A stretch of DNA of 64,000 nucleotides, taken from IMG/VR virus record IMGVR_UViG_3300032331_002067, positions 36,002 to 100,001 of that record, one strand, 5' to 3'. The notes below the pieces were generated by a model that searched no databases, had not been told where the DNA came from, and saw only the letters and a program-made list of their open reading frames with translations. Positions 25,994 through 35,517 of this stretch are shown here, piece by piece. The stretch comes from a virus. The position numbers were made by a program, and so were the translations under genes. Every line of letters starts with the position of its first letter. Position 1 is the stretch's first letter.

Positions 25994-26806
25994 TTATCTA
26001 AATTTTGGGTTAGGATGATTTGGTTCCGGATAGATTGGACCCTTATAAGTATAGCTTCCGCTAGAAATATTTGCTCCACGAGAGTCGTAAACAGTATAAT
26101 TTGTTACGATTGGTCCATTTGATGTGGTGATAGGAATCTTATTATGTCTATTGATTGGTGATTCATCAATTGAATAGAAGAAATTACCATCCGTTAAGGC
26201 TTTTGGCATAAAGTCGTCATTATTAGACATGGGAAATAGAAAAGTTCCATTTATCCACTTAATTGCGATAATCGAATAACCAATAATATCCAGTAGTGTA
26301 TCCTGTAGGGATTCATTTGATGGATTTGAATCTTTTTTAATCAAATTTTCAAGACGAGCTACCTTGTCATGAATTCTAATCACCAAGCCATTAAGACCAA
26401 ACTTCGCAATATTTTCAGAGCCATAGTCTCTTTGTTTTCTTGTAACAGTAAGGAGAGTCCAATCTCTGTATTCGTTCAAATCTAAATCTTTATCTATTTG
26501 TTTTAATGACAAAAATGAAAGAACAGAAAGAATACACCAATAGTTTACAATAGCCGATGCTACTTCAAAGTCATTTGTTTTGTCATGATTCCAAACTTTT
26601 ACTGTGATCATATAATCAACAATAGTCCTCATATTCTCAACAAAATCATTCCCAAGAACCTTGTTACACAAAGTAACATCTCTTGTAATATCTGCAAATA
26701 GTTCCTCATTTTCAGAAATGAATTCGAATAGCTCTTTAACAGTAAATGAAGCTGCTTCTTCCCAAGATTCTGAAAGTTTTGCTGAGAGTAGCTTAGAGAG
26801 TACCAT
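25994..26806 (-). CDS. nucleotide-modification-associated domain 1 (DUF1599-like) protein
   Basis: RKQRDYG..NI...GL.IR..DK.ARL.NL...ES..DT..D..GY. Confidence 0.75.
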   Translation of the reverse strand: MVLSKLLSAKLSESWEEAASFTVKELFEFISENEELFADITRDVTLCNKVLGNDFVENMRTIVDYMITVKVWNHDKTNDFEVASAIVNYWCILSVLSFLSLKQIDKDLDLNEYRDWTLLTVTRKQRDYGSENIAKFGLNGLVIRIHDKVARLENLIKKDSNPSNESLQDTLLDIIGYSIIAIKWINGTFLFPMSNNDDFMPKALTDGNFFYSIDESPINRHNKIPITTSNGPIVTNYTVYDSRGANISSGSYTYKGPIYPEPNHPNPKFR

Positions 26807-27219
26807 TACTTGCTTGATTGACGCTCTTTGTTTGGATCAACAATTTCAAACTGACCACGCTTAATCTTCTTGAAGAAGCCTCTGTTTGCATTGTAGTAGT
26901 TATAGAAGGTTGGCATAGAGATACCTGTTGCAGATACTAGGTCTTGAGGGGTAATTGTTTTACCAATATTCTCTTTGATGTATGACTCAATAATTGCACT
27001 TTTGCGCGAACGCTTTCCTTCTGTAGATACAGAGTTTTTTGAAAGCAAACCATGCTTCTCCCAAACCTCTTTAACAAAAGCGGATGGTACGCTATAGAAT
27101 TTTGCTGTTTCTGAAATGGACATTTGGTTTTTCGCACCAGTAAGAGCTGCAGCAACCTCACGGTAGCTTTCGCTCGGTGTTTTGTCCAAGATCAATTTCA
27201 TTTCTCTTTCAGTAATCAT
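26806..27219 (-). CDS. hypothetical DNA-binding (winged-HTH-like) protein
   Basis: ITPQDLVSATGISMPTFYNY segment. Confidence 0.55.
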   Translation of the reverse strand: MITEREMKLILDKTPSESYREVAAALTGAKNQMSISETAKFYSVPSAFVKEVWEKHGLLSKNSVSTEGKRSRKSAIIESYIKENIGKTITPQDLVSATGISMPTFYNYYNANRGFFKKIKRGQFEIVDPNKERQSSK

Positions 27220-27284
27220 TTGATTCCTTTCGTAGAGTAGATAGTTTACACCTCGTGAATAGAAAGTCAACTCGGTTTTATAAA

Positions 27285-27890
27285 TTATCTTTGTTGAACA
27301 AAAGTCTGGAATGGAGCACCTGTGTATGGATCAAATTTAGATGCTACAGAGAGAGCTTTGTTGATAGCAGTCTTGGCTTTGGCTAGAGGGAGTTCCTTGC
27401 CATTGCTAAGGGCGTGCAGAGCGCCTAGGGCGTAGGATGAGCCACTGCCAATGGCGTAGATACCGGCTTTATCTGAAGTCCAAGAGTAGTCTCCATCAAT
27501 AATATAGATCGTTCCGTTAATAACGACAACTATTTGTGATGAATGTTCAGCGATATGATCTTTCGCATCATTGTCAGGCATGGCATATCCGGTACTCTCA
27601 AAGCATTCACGCAAGGATGGAACAAATTTTTGAGTTATGAACTGATCAAGTTTTGGACCAGATGTTACAAAACTTGGAACTGGGGGAATAAAGGCGTGGT
27701 GCAATATGTTGATAGCTCTTACATCGCCAGCAGCTCCGAGAAGGTATCTGCCATTTTGAGCAACTTTGCTACTACCTGTCCCTAGAGTTGTTATCTGATA
27801 AGCCATTCCTGATTCATCAAAAGATGAAACTCTGGAGTCAGTACAGATAACTGCATAATCATCGCCTTGAATTCCTACAATTGTTGTCAT
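27285..27890 (-). CDS. proteasome beta-subunit/HslV-like threonine peptidase
   Basis: N-terminal MTTIVG; DSR, K and AIGSGSSYALG motifs; DPYTG. Confidence 0.85.
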   Translation of the reverse strand: MTTIVGIQGDDYAVICTDSRVSSFDESGMAYQITTLGTGSSKVAQNGRYLLGAAGDVRAINILHHAFIPPVPSFVTSGPKLDQFITQKFVPSLRECFESTGYAMPDNDAKDHIAEHSSQIVVVINGTIYIIDGDYSWTSDKAGIYAIGSGSSYALGALHALSNGKELPLAKAKTAINKALSVASKFDPYTGAPFQTFVQQR

Positions 27891-27991
27891 TTCTGCCTTT
27901 AGATACTGATGGGGCACCCCAAGATATCAGGTCTAATCTTTCGAAATAGTACCCGCCAAAGAGTGCCCCAAACTTAGTATAGCGTAGTTTG

Positions 27992-28186
27992 TTAAATATT
28001 TTCTTTTAAATGATCATCAATATGCTGATCAAGTTTTTGATCAATGACTGTTACATCAGAATGAAGCAGTTTAATCATTTCTGTGACTGCTCCGTGATCT
28101 TGTTTGTTCTCCTTACGGAACTTCTGTATCAGAGCTATAAGAATAGCCCCAAGTGTTGTGACGAGAGCAGCGTAAACTACCTCCAT
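27992..28186 (-). CDS. small membrane/coiled-coil protein
   Basis: N-terminal TM segment; KLDQHIDDH end. Confidence 0.6.
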   Translation of the reverse strand: MEVVYAALVTTLGAILIALIQKFRKENKQDHGAVTEMIKLLHSDVTVIDQKLDQHIDDHLKENI

Positions 28187-28191
28187 CCGAC

Positions 28192-28581
28192 TTACTCTGC
28201 AAGCAAAAAGTTTGCAATGTCTTCAGCAGACATATCAAACGAACCAAACTCTGCTTCATGGCTCTTAAGAATCGTAACAAGGTCACTCTTCTTAACGGAC
28301 TCAGGGTCCAATGCTACTTCCTTTGCAGGGGAAGTCTTGCCAGCACCAGAGGTTGGCGTTGAAGCGGATCCGGCTGTTGGAATTGAAGTAACTTTCTTTT
28401 CTGGGTCGAGAGGTACCTCATTCATCATGCCTTTAATCATGTCTGTTTGTGATTCGTGCCAAGACGCAGCCTTGATGTGATCTTGCATCTGAGTTGCAGC
28501 TGATTTAGCCATCTCTTCATGCCATGATTTCATTGAGCTATGGTCTTCAGCCATCTTCTTCATATTGTTTGAATAGTTCAT
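28192..28581 (-). CDS. hypothetical protein (possible internal head protein)
   Basis: AAGGAG RBS; repeated SWHE motif; several hydrophobic-x-K-S sites. Confidence 0.6.
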   Translation of the reverse strand: MNYSNNMKKMAEDHSSMKSWHEEMAKSAATQMQDHIKAASWHESQTDMIKGMMNEVPLDPEKKVTSIPTAGSASTPTSGAGKTSPAKEVALDPESVKKSDLVTILKSHEAEFGSFDMSAEDIANFLLAE

Positions 28582-28582
28582 A

Positions 28583-29779
28583 TTATTCTCCTTTAAATAA
28601 ATTAATATTGTTTATTACATTTAATGCAATTTCTTGAGATTCCTCAAATTTATTAGCACTAATGTTAACATCTGTGATGGGTCCACCTAAGACCCATGCA
28701 TCGCAAGTTCTAAGACCTGCACATTTGAAGTCAAAGATTTCACAGTAACCAAGATTAGCAATCTCGGCTATAGCGTAAGCTTCTTCTTCACCACCAAGAC
28801 CTTGAGCAATTGCCTCTTTCATATCAGTAGTCTGAATAAAAGCTGCACAATTAGCACATCTTGAAGATTTTGCCTCCTCAATGGAGGTCTTGTAGACATC
28901 AGCCCTAGCTTGCCAGTATTCATTATTATCAATAAGCGGGTTCATTGGACCATAATTAGCTACATCAATACACTCTTGTCTATTACGAATGTTTACTGAA
29001 ATATCTTGAGTTGCAGCTGGGAACCCATTGATCAAGTCTTCTGATTTATCCATTTGCACAACACCATCCGGGATAACTGCAAATCGACACTTGCCCTCGT
29101 CTTCAACCTGCTGAGCAATAATCTTGCAGACACCGTTACCCTCATACAGCACGCAGTTAGAGCACTTAACACCAATATCTTTGACATCGTTTTCTTCCGG
29201 ACTGTCGTATCCAGCCCAGATTCCAGTTGCGTCTTCATTAAACTTTCCATGCATTTCGACAATCGCTAGAAGCGCATCGGCAAGCATTGCCTCTTCATGA
29301 GCCAAGTCCTCTGCTACTTTACTCATATCATCTTTTGTCACTCTGTAGCCTCCGCCTCTTTTTTTGTATTCACGAACAAGCCATGCATTTGCATATGCTG
29401 ATGGGTAAACATCAAATTTAGCCTTAGCAGCAGCTTTCACTCTAGCGTAAAGGGCTGGATCAGTGGGGACATTAGCTTTCTCAACTTTTTCTTTGTCTGT
29501 TGAAACATAGATAGGAGTTTTCCCATCACGAGTCTGGGTCGATTCTGCAGTTCTTTTCCTGCGAACAGCGGAAGCTATTTCTTTTGATGTCATTCTTGCT
29601 GCTTTAGAGGCTGGAACACACTTAGGATACTTACCGGTCTTTGCATCATTTCTACCACAAGGCTCAAAACCACCGCCCTTTTTGGGTCTTGAGATATCAA
29701 CCCATTTTTCTCCAAACCATTCCGTCAATGATTTCAACAGATTCTCAAGTTCTTTTGCATTAAGCTTTTCATCAGACAT
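28583..29779 (-). CDS. multi-module protein with two HiPIP-like four-Cys modules (possible internal head polyprotein)
   Basis: WFGEKWVD module; YPSAYANAW module; CSNC..C..C and CANC..C..C modules. Confidence 0.7.
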   Translation of the reverse strand: MSDEKLNAKELENLLKSLTEWFGEKWVDISRPKKGGGFEPCGRNDAKTGKYPKCVPASKAARMTSKEIASAVRRKRTAESTQTRDGKTPIYVSTDKEKVEKANVPTDPALYARVKAAAKAKFDVYPSAYANAWLVREYKKRGGGYRVTKDDMSKVAEDLAHEEAMLADALLAIVEMHGKFNEDATGIWAGYDSPEENDVKDIGVKCSNCVLYEGNGVCKIIAQQVEDEGKCRFAVIPDGVVQMDKSEDLINGFPAATQDISVNIRNRQECIDVANYGPMNPLIDNNEYWQARADVYKTSIEEAKSSRCANCAAFIQTTDMKEAIAQGLGGEEEAYAIAEIANLGYCEIFDFKCAGLRTCDAWVLGGPITDVNISANKFEESQEIALNVINNINLFKGE

Positions 29780-29802
29780 AGTGTGTCTATTTTATCACGA
29801 TT

Positions 29803-30090
29803 TCACTTGTAATAGCTATATAGATCTTCTCTTTCCCATCTCTGGACAGGAATGCTTATGTTGTGAAAGGCAATGTATGCATCTTCTGATGAGTAATAGA
29901 TCCTTGCGTAAGCTTTTCGAGCACCCTCATCATAGACAGGGCATGCAGGGTTGGGGTCTAGATAAAGAGCTTTGTACTGATACTTGTCAGGCTCATAATG
30001 AACTGCATTCACGACCTTCATTTCTTTCATACAGTATGGGCACATCTTTGTCGGGTATGGGAAATCTTTAATTAGTTGACCAAAAATCAT
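29803..30090 (-). CDS. hypothetical protein
   Basis: CPYC motif; GGAGG RBS. Confidence 0.6.
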   Translation of the reverse strand: MIFGQLIKDFPYPTKMCPYCMKEMKVVNAVHYEPDKYQYKALYLDPNPACPVYDEGARKAYARIYYSSEDAYIAFHNISIPVQRWEREDLYSYYK

Positions 30091-30329
30091 TCTTCCTCCC
30101 TTTTTGAGTTCAATATGTAGTCAATAATATCATCCACTGACTTGTTTGCTATCTCAATCCCATCCATTAAGGCAGAAAGCTCATCAATAGACATCATATA
30201 GTCCTCAGATGGAGATGAGATATAGAAAGCTGGGATAAAGCTATCCTCAAATGGGACAGCTTTAATAATAATTGTAAGAGTTTCGAGATCTTCTAGGTCA
30301 TCATCATTTGAATAAGGGACTATCCTCAT
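30087..30329 (-). CDS. acidic hypothetical protein
   Basis: ORF in the - strand operon. Confidence 0.55.
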   Translation of the reverse strand: MRIVPYSNDDDLEDLETLTIIIKAVPFEDSFIPAFYISSPSEDYMMSIDELSALMDGIEIANKSVDDIIDYILNSKREEE

Positions 30330-30708
30330 CGTAATCAACTCCATCTGGGTACACGAGCATCACATCTTGGTACGATGTGAGAAGCTTTTTAGCAACAATT
30401 TCTAGTATAGCGGTTTCCGGTACTCTTTTTTTACCAAAAAATACAACAACAATATATTCATTAATCTTCTCATCAAAAAAAAGATTAAAGTGTTTATCTT
30501 TAATCAAATTAACTTTTCTTTTTGCAAAAACTTTTAAATAAACTTTAATGAATTTAGCAGTTGATGCTGGTGATGCATAAACAAAGACTTTGCCAGAAGT
30601 TAGGTTTTTTAAGAAATCAGTTATATACGGATACGGATACCATGTATCACTAATCAAAAGCAATTTTTTTGTATTCAAGTACTCTTGATTGATGTCTTCA
30701 GGATTCAT
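30304..30708 (-). CDS. hypothetical protein
   Basis: 134-aa ORF. Confidence 0.55.
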   Translation of the reverse strand: MNPEDINQEYLNTKKLLLISDTWYPYPYITDFLKNLTSGKVFVYASPASTAKFIKVYLKVFAKRKVNLIKDKHFNLFFDEKINEYIVVVFFGKKRVPETAILEIVAKKLLTSYQDVMLVYPDGVDYDEDSPLFK

Positions 30709-30859
30709 TAAGTTGAGTTGCCAATATAAAACCGGCTACAAAGACCAGCAAAGCTGGACCGATATATCCGGGATCGTGTGACCAGCCAGCAATAATAGCC
30801 ATTCTAATTATAAATGATGAAAACATCACATAAGCTAGAACATAAAGAAATTTACTCAT
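30698..30859 (-). CDS. small two-TM membrane protein
   Basis: 53-aa ORF filling the gap; overlaps the thyX stop (ATAG). Confidence 0.45.
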   Translation of the reverse strand: MSKFLYVLAYVMFSSFIIRMAIIAGWSHDPGYIGPALLVFVAGFILATQLNES

Positions 30860-31551
30860 AAAGCAATTCTACCTGATTCAATAAACGCTTCGTGTGAAAT
30901 AGGCATCTTTTGCTGGAATATGTCTTCAATTACTTTTGCATACTCATTGATTTCATATTGGGCATTGCCTTCGTTGCGAAGCGAAATAAAATTAATCAAA
31001 CTTCTTGCATTTACTGTCCAAATAAACTCAGTATATTGAGTTACTGGTAGTACGCAACGAGCAATTTCTTTAGCAACGCCAAGCTCAATCAGCTTGTAAT
31101 AAGCCTCATCCGCCTGCAGAATTGTTTGTTGAAAAATAGAATAGAAAGCATCTTTAACTTCTGGATCAGAAATTTCTTCAAAAGTATAAGCTCCGGGTTT
31201 TCCAATCTGCTTACGAATCTTATCGTAAGCTGGGGTATAGTAATCAATGTTTGCAGGCTGATGGTATCGCATACTCATCTCATTGAATGATGACCATCGA
31301 TGACGCATCCATTCTCTTGTAACAAAAATTGGAGCCTTAATTCTGAACTTAAATACACAGTGTTCAAAAGGAGTTGCGTGCTTATTACGCATAAGATACT
31401 TAATTAAGCCAATTGAAGACTCATCTAACTCTTTAACATAAGTGGCAAAACTAACTTTTGCAGCATTAACAACATCAACATCTGATGCCATACAGTTGAG
31501 TAATTCAATTTCGCCATTGTCGAGAATGTCGTAAACGGTAGTATAAGTCAT
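30856..31551 (-). CDS. thyX: flavin-dependent thymidylate synthase
   Basis: H.TPFEH, RHRWSSFNEMSMRY, KEIAR.VLP, NARSL.NF..LR and AQYEI motifs. Confidence 0.95.
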   Translation of the reverse strand: MTYTTVYDILDNGEIELLNCMASDVDVVNAAKVSFATYVKELDESSIGLIKYLMRNKHATPFEHCVFKFRIKAPIFVTREWMRHRWSSFNEMSMRYHQPANIDYYTPAYDKIRKQIGKPGAYTFEEISDPEVKDAFYSIFQQTILQADEAYYKLIELGVAKEIARCVLPVTQYTEFIWTVNARSLINFISLRNEGNAQYEINEYAKVIEDIFQQKMPISHEAFIESGRIAL

Positions 31552-31631
31552 TGATTCATGTTATCAAAAAATTTTTGATAATCCGCACATTCCTTCAAAA
31601 AAGTTGATATGCTTCGCATCTGGGATGCGCC

Positions 31632-31695
31632 AGTATACTTAGTATGCTAGTTATGCAAGTATACTTATTGTTATATAAGTTTACTTAAGTATACT
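31632..31695. repeat. cluster of AGTATACT-type palindromes at the divergence point
   Basis: AGTATACT at 31632, 31658 and 31688; variants at 31641 and 31678. Confidence 0.6.
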
Positions 31696-31725
31696 GATAA
31701 CACTGTGGATGGTAAAATTTGGATA

Positions 31726-31946
31726 TGAAAATTATTGCAATTGTTGAGTCGGATGAATGCGGACCCGCAGTCATTCTTGATTCCGATTGTATTGGGATAA
31801 CTAAATTTGATGATTTTTACATTGCTGCTGCAAGATGTGTTTATACTGATTTACCAATAACTTGTGAAATTTCTGAAGAACACGCACTAATGTTGATTGA
31901 AAAGGGTGTAAACTGTTTATCAATCAGCTCTGAAAGCTTCAAGTAA
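31726..31946 (+). CDS. hypothetical protein (leaderless)
   Basis: TG-G-TAAAAT followed by 6 nt and ATG. Confidence 0.6.
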
Positions 31947-31971
31947 GCAGTAGAGTTATCCCAAGGAGAAT

Positions 31972-32985
31972 ATGAAGAAAATCAGCTGGTTCAGCTTGAG
32001 TAATGTTGACATCAGTGGCGAGCTTTGGGCTAGTCAGGGATATGCCAATGCTGCTATTAGTACAATTAGGGCACTACAATCTAAAAAAGTAGGTGTATTC
32101 TACAATAGATCTGAAATACCCTTTCATATTAACTTCTGTCAGCCTCATTATTATCAGCTAAATAATGATTATAAAGTAGGATATACCCCTTGGGAATCTA
32201 CAAAGATTCCTTCTGGATGGAAATACAATATGAGCTTGTGTAACGAGATTTGGGCTACTTCTAGCTTTGTTAAAGATGTATACGATAAAGCTAATGTAAA
32301 TGAAAATGTATATGTTATTCCTCACGGAATATCTGAAGAATTTCTTCCTATAGAAAGAGAACTATCTAAAACATTTAATTTCCTACATATAGGTGGAGAC
32401 TCTAAGCGTAAGAATGCACAACTTGCTGTCGATGCTTTTCTAGAGTTATTTGATGGTAATATGGACTATAAGTTAGTTCTTAAATACAATAACTTCTGTC
32501 ACGCAGAAGTATATATTGAAAGTAGATTAGTACCAGCTACTTCTCATCCTCAGATTATTGGCATCCCAGAATCTTATGATACAGATCAATTAGTTAATCT
32601 TTATCATAAGTGTCACTGCCTCATTTATCCTACTAGCGGTGAAGGTTTTGGAATGATTCCTTTTGAAGCAATGGCAACAGGATTGCCTACAATCGTTACA
32701 GACTTAACAGGTTGCAAAGACTTCTCACATTACGGAATCCCATTGCCAGCTGAGTTTTCAGACGCAGAATATCATTCTCATCAGTATGGAACTGATACAG
32801 GTATGTGGGCAACTCCTGATTTTGAAGAGTTAGTTAATCTAATGACAAATGTAACAGACGAATATGAAGAATTCAAAAAGTTTGCATTCCGTTCGGCAAA
32901 AACAATTCACGAAAATCACTCATGGGCTTCTGTCGCTGATATGATTCTAAATCGTTACGCCGAATTCGAAAAAAATTACAATTAG
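31972..32985 (+). CDS. GT4-family glycosyltransferase
   Basis: PWEST.IP, RKN and EGFGMIPFEAMATGLPTI motifs. Confidence 0.88.
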   Translation: MKKISWFSLSNVDISGELWASQGYANAAISTIRALQSKKVGVFYNRSEIPFHINFCQPHYYQLNNDYKVGYTPWESTKIPSGWKYNMSLCNEIWATSSFVKDVYDKANVNENVYVIPHGISEEFLPIERELSKTFNFLHIGGDSKRKNAQLAVDAFLELFDGNMDYKLVLKYNNFCHAEVYIESRLVPATSHPQIIGIPESYDTDQLVNLYHKCHCLIYPTSGEGFGMIPFEAMATGLPTIVTDLTGCKDFSHYGIPLPAEFSDAEYHSHQYGTDTGMWATPDFEELVNLMTNVTDEYEEFKKFAFRSAKTIHENHSWASVADMILNRYAEFEKNYN

Positions 32986-33056
32986 TCCTAAGCACTAATC
33001 GGTGCGGTGTAGCTCCCCAATTGATAATATTAAAGCCTACTACTACAGGAGCCTCA

Positions 33057-35126
33057 ATGACCAACAATAATCCTAAGGAAGATTTCTTTTCCTTCAAACT
33101 AAGCGAAGATTTTACTGCTACATATCGCACAAAGAAAGCACCATTCGGCTATCAGGATGCAGCAGGGAACTCTGTTGGAGAAATTACCTTTCTTCGCACA
33201 TATTCCCGAAAGAAACCAGATGGAACCAAGGAGACTTGGGTTGATGTTTGCGAGCGTGTAATCAACGGAATGTATTCTTTGCAAAAGGATCATTGTCGAA
33301 AGAATCGTCTTCCTTGGAATGGTGTAAAGGCTCAGTCAAGTGCCAAAGAAGCTTTTGATCGCCTGTTCAACCTTAAGTGGACACCACCGGGTCGTGGTCT
33401 TTGGATTATGGGAACTGAGCTTGTGAATGTTCAGCGCAACTCTGCTGCTTTGCAGAACTGTGCATTCGTATCTACTGCGGAAATGTCAAAGGACAATCCG
33501 GCGGAACCATTTGCGTTTCTGATGGAAGCATCAATGCTCGGAGTGGGTGTTGGCTTTGACGACAAGGGTGCTGATAAAGATTTTACCATCCATGAATCAA
33601 TTCGCCCAGTAATCACTCAGGTTATTGATGACACTCGTGAAGGGTGGATGCAATCAACCGCTGACCTGATCAACTCTTATTTGAAACCAGAACAGAGTCC
33701 GATTGTTTTTGACTACTCAATGATTCGCCCAGCAGGAGCACCTATTAAAACATTTGGTGGTACAGCTGCTGGTCATGAACCGCTCGAAAAGTTGCACAAA
33801 TATATTCGTAAGATGTTCCTAGGTCGTGCAGGTCAAAAACTTACACGAGTTGATATTGCAGACATTGGCAACATGATTGGAGTTTGTGTTGTATCGGGCA
33901 ATGTACGCCGTTCTGCTGAACTTCTAATCGGTAGACACAACGATGAGACCTTCTTGAATTTAAAGAACGCAGAAGCCTTCCCAGAGCGTAACTCTTATGA
34001 TCCAGAGAATCAGGGATGGGCTTGGATGAGCAACAATTCTGTAGAAACAAATGTTGGCGAAGATCTATCTCACATTGTTGAAAGTATTGCTCTCAACGGA
34101 GAACCCGGAGTCATCTGGTTGGATATGTCTCGTAAGTATGGTCGTCTAATTGATCCACCAAATAACAAGGACTGGCGTGTAGCTGGATACAACCCATGCG
34201 CAGAACAATCTCTTGAATCATACGAGTGCTGCACCCTTGTTGAGACATATCTCAACCGCCATGAGTCTCTTGACGACTATAAGCGCACATTGAAATTCGC
34301 TTACCTTTACGCAAAGACCGTTACTCTTCTTCCGACTCATTGGGAAAAGACAAATGCAATTATGCAGAGAAACCGCCGTATTGGAACATCAATGTCTGGC
34401 ATCGCAAACTTTGCTGACAATCATGGGGTTCCGACACTTCGTGAATGGATGGATCAGGGTTACGAGACAGTTAAGCGTTACGACAATGTTTACTCAGAGT
34501 GGTTCGGTATCCGTGAATCAATCAAGATGACAACAGTTAAGCCTTCGGGAACTGTTTCTATTCTGGCAGGAGAATCTCCGGGAGTTCATTGGACTCCGGG
34601 TGGAGAATACTTCAATCGTGCAATTCGTTTTGCAAATGATGACCCAATGCTTCCTCTGTTCAAAATGGCTAACTACCGTGTTGAGCCAGCTTCTGAATCT
34701 CCAGATACAACAAGTGTTGTTTTCTTCCCGATTAAATCAAATGCTAAGCGTTCTGAAAAGGATGTGACAATATTTGAGAAGATGGCGATTGCATCAGTAG
34801 CCCAGCGTTACTGGTCTGATAACTCTGTATCGGTAACAATCTCATTTGATGCTGAAAAGGAAAAGGATCAAGTTGGAACTGTTCTTCATATGTACGATGG
34901 TCAGCTTAAAACTGTTTCGTTCCTACCTCAAGGCAACTTTACTTACCCACAAATGCCGTACACTCAGATTACAGAAAAAGAATATAAACAGGATGGTTTA
35001 GACAAACTATTTCCAATTGACTTCGCTGGTGTGTATGCAGGAATGGCTGCAGATGCAATCGGAGAAAGCTACTGCAGTACAGATTCTTGCGAAATCAAAC
35101 TTATCAAAGACAACATTGCTCATTAA
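33057..35126 (+). CDS. nrdJ: class II (adenosylcobalamin-dependent) ribonucleotide reductase
   Basis: RTYSR, PPGRGLW, NCAF, GNVRRSAE, NPCAEQ and TTVKPSGTVS motifs; C-terminal C..D.C. Confidence 0.95.
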   Translation: MTNNNPKEDFFSFKLSEDFTATYRTKKAPFGYQDAAGNSVGEITFLRTYSRKKPDGTKETWVDVCERVINGMYSLQKDHCRKNRLPWNGVKAQSSAKEAFDRLFNLKWTPPGRGLWIMGTELVNVQRNSAALQNCAFVSTAEMSKDNPAEPFAFLMEASMLGVGVGFDDKGADKDFTIHESIRPVITQVIDDTREGWMQSTADLINSYLKPEQSPIVFDYSMIRPAGAPIKTFGGTAAGHEPLEKLHKYIRKMFLGRAGQKLTRVDIADIGNMIGVCVVSGNVRRSAELLIGRHNDETFLNLKNAEAFPERNSYDPENQGWAWMSNNSVETNVGEDLSHIVESIALNGEPGVIWLDMSRKYGRLIDPPNNKDWRVAGYNPCAEQSLESYECCTLVETYLNRHESLDDYKRTLKFAYLYAKTVTLLPTHWEKTNAIMQRNRRIGTSMSGIANFADNHGVPTLREWMDQGYETVKRYDNVYSEWFGIRESIKMTTVKPSGTVSILAGESPGVHWTPGGEYFNRAIRFANDDPMLPLFKMANYRVEPASESPDTTSVVFFPIKSNAKRSEKDVTIFEKMAIASVAQRYWSDNSVSVTISFDAEKEKDQVGTVLHMYDGQLKTVSFLPQGNFTYPQMPYTQITEKEYKQDGLDKLFPIDFAGVYAGMAADAIGESYCSTDSCEIKLIKDNIAH

Positions 35127-35187
35127 TTGAATAAAACTGTCATCAATGTGTAGATAATTTAAAGAAAGTAATGTAGAATTGAATCAA

Positions 35188-35517
35188 ATGACTTCTGACA
35201 TGATTAAAAGTAAAAATATGTGGGTTCCAGAGCGTGCTTATGGCATCTGTCTCTGGATTATGCCAGACGGTTTCCCGTTATCCGATGGGGATGGTGTTCT
35301 TTGCGCAGAAGGAATGATCGGTGATGAAGCTCTTGAGCTTCGTGTTGCGGAAGTCGCAAAGTATTGGACAGGTTCTGATGCTGGAGTTATCCGTTGGGTT
35401 CCCGGTGCAAGAAAAGTTTCTTCTGATGAAAGAGATGACCAAGCAGAAAGACTTGCTGCTGGTCTGGTTGCTGACCCATTTGAAGATATGTATGACCAGC
35501 ACTTTGGGGGTAAATAA
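35188..35517 (+). CDS. hypothetical protein upstream of portal
   Basis: coupled to portal (TAATG). Confidence 0.65.
   Translation: MTSDMIKSKNMWVPERAYGICLWIMPDGFPLSDGDGVLCAEGMIGDEALELRVAEVAKYWTGSDAGVIRWVPGARKVSSDERDDQAERLAAGLVADPFEDMYDQHFGGK

Noticed and set aside
31972-35517. Terminase gene expected before the portal
   Set aside because: No ORF with terminase Walker or nuclease motifs is present; it must lie outside the window.
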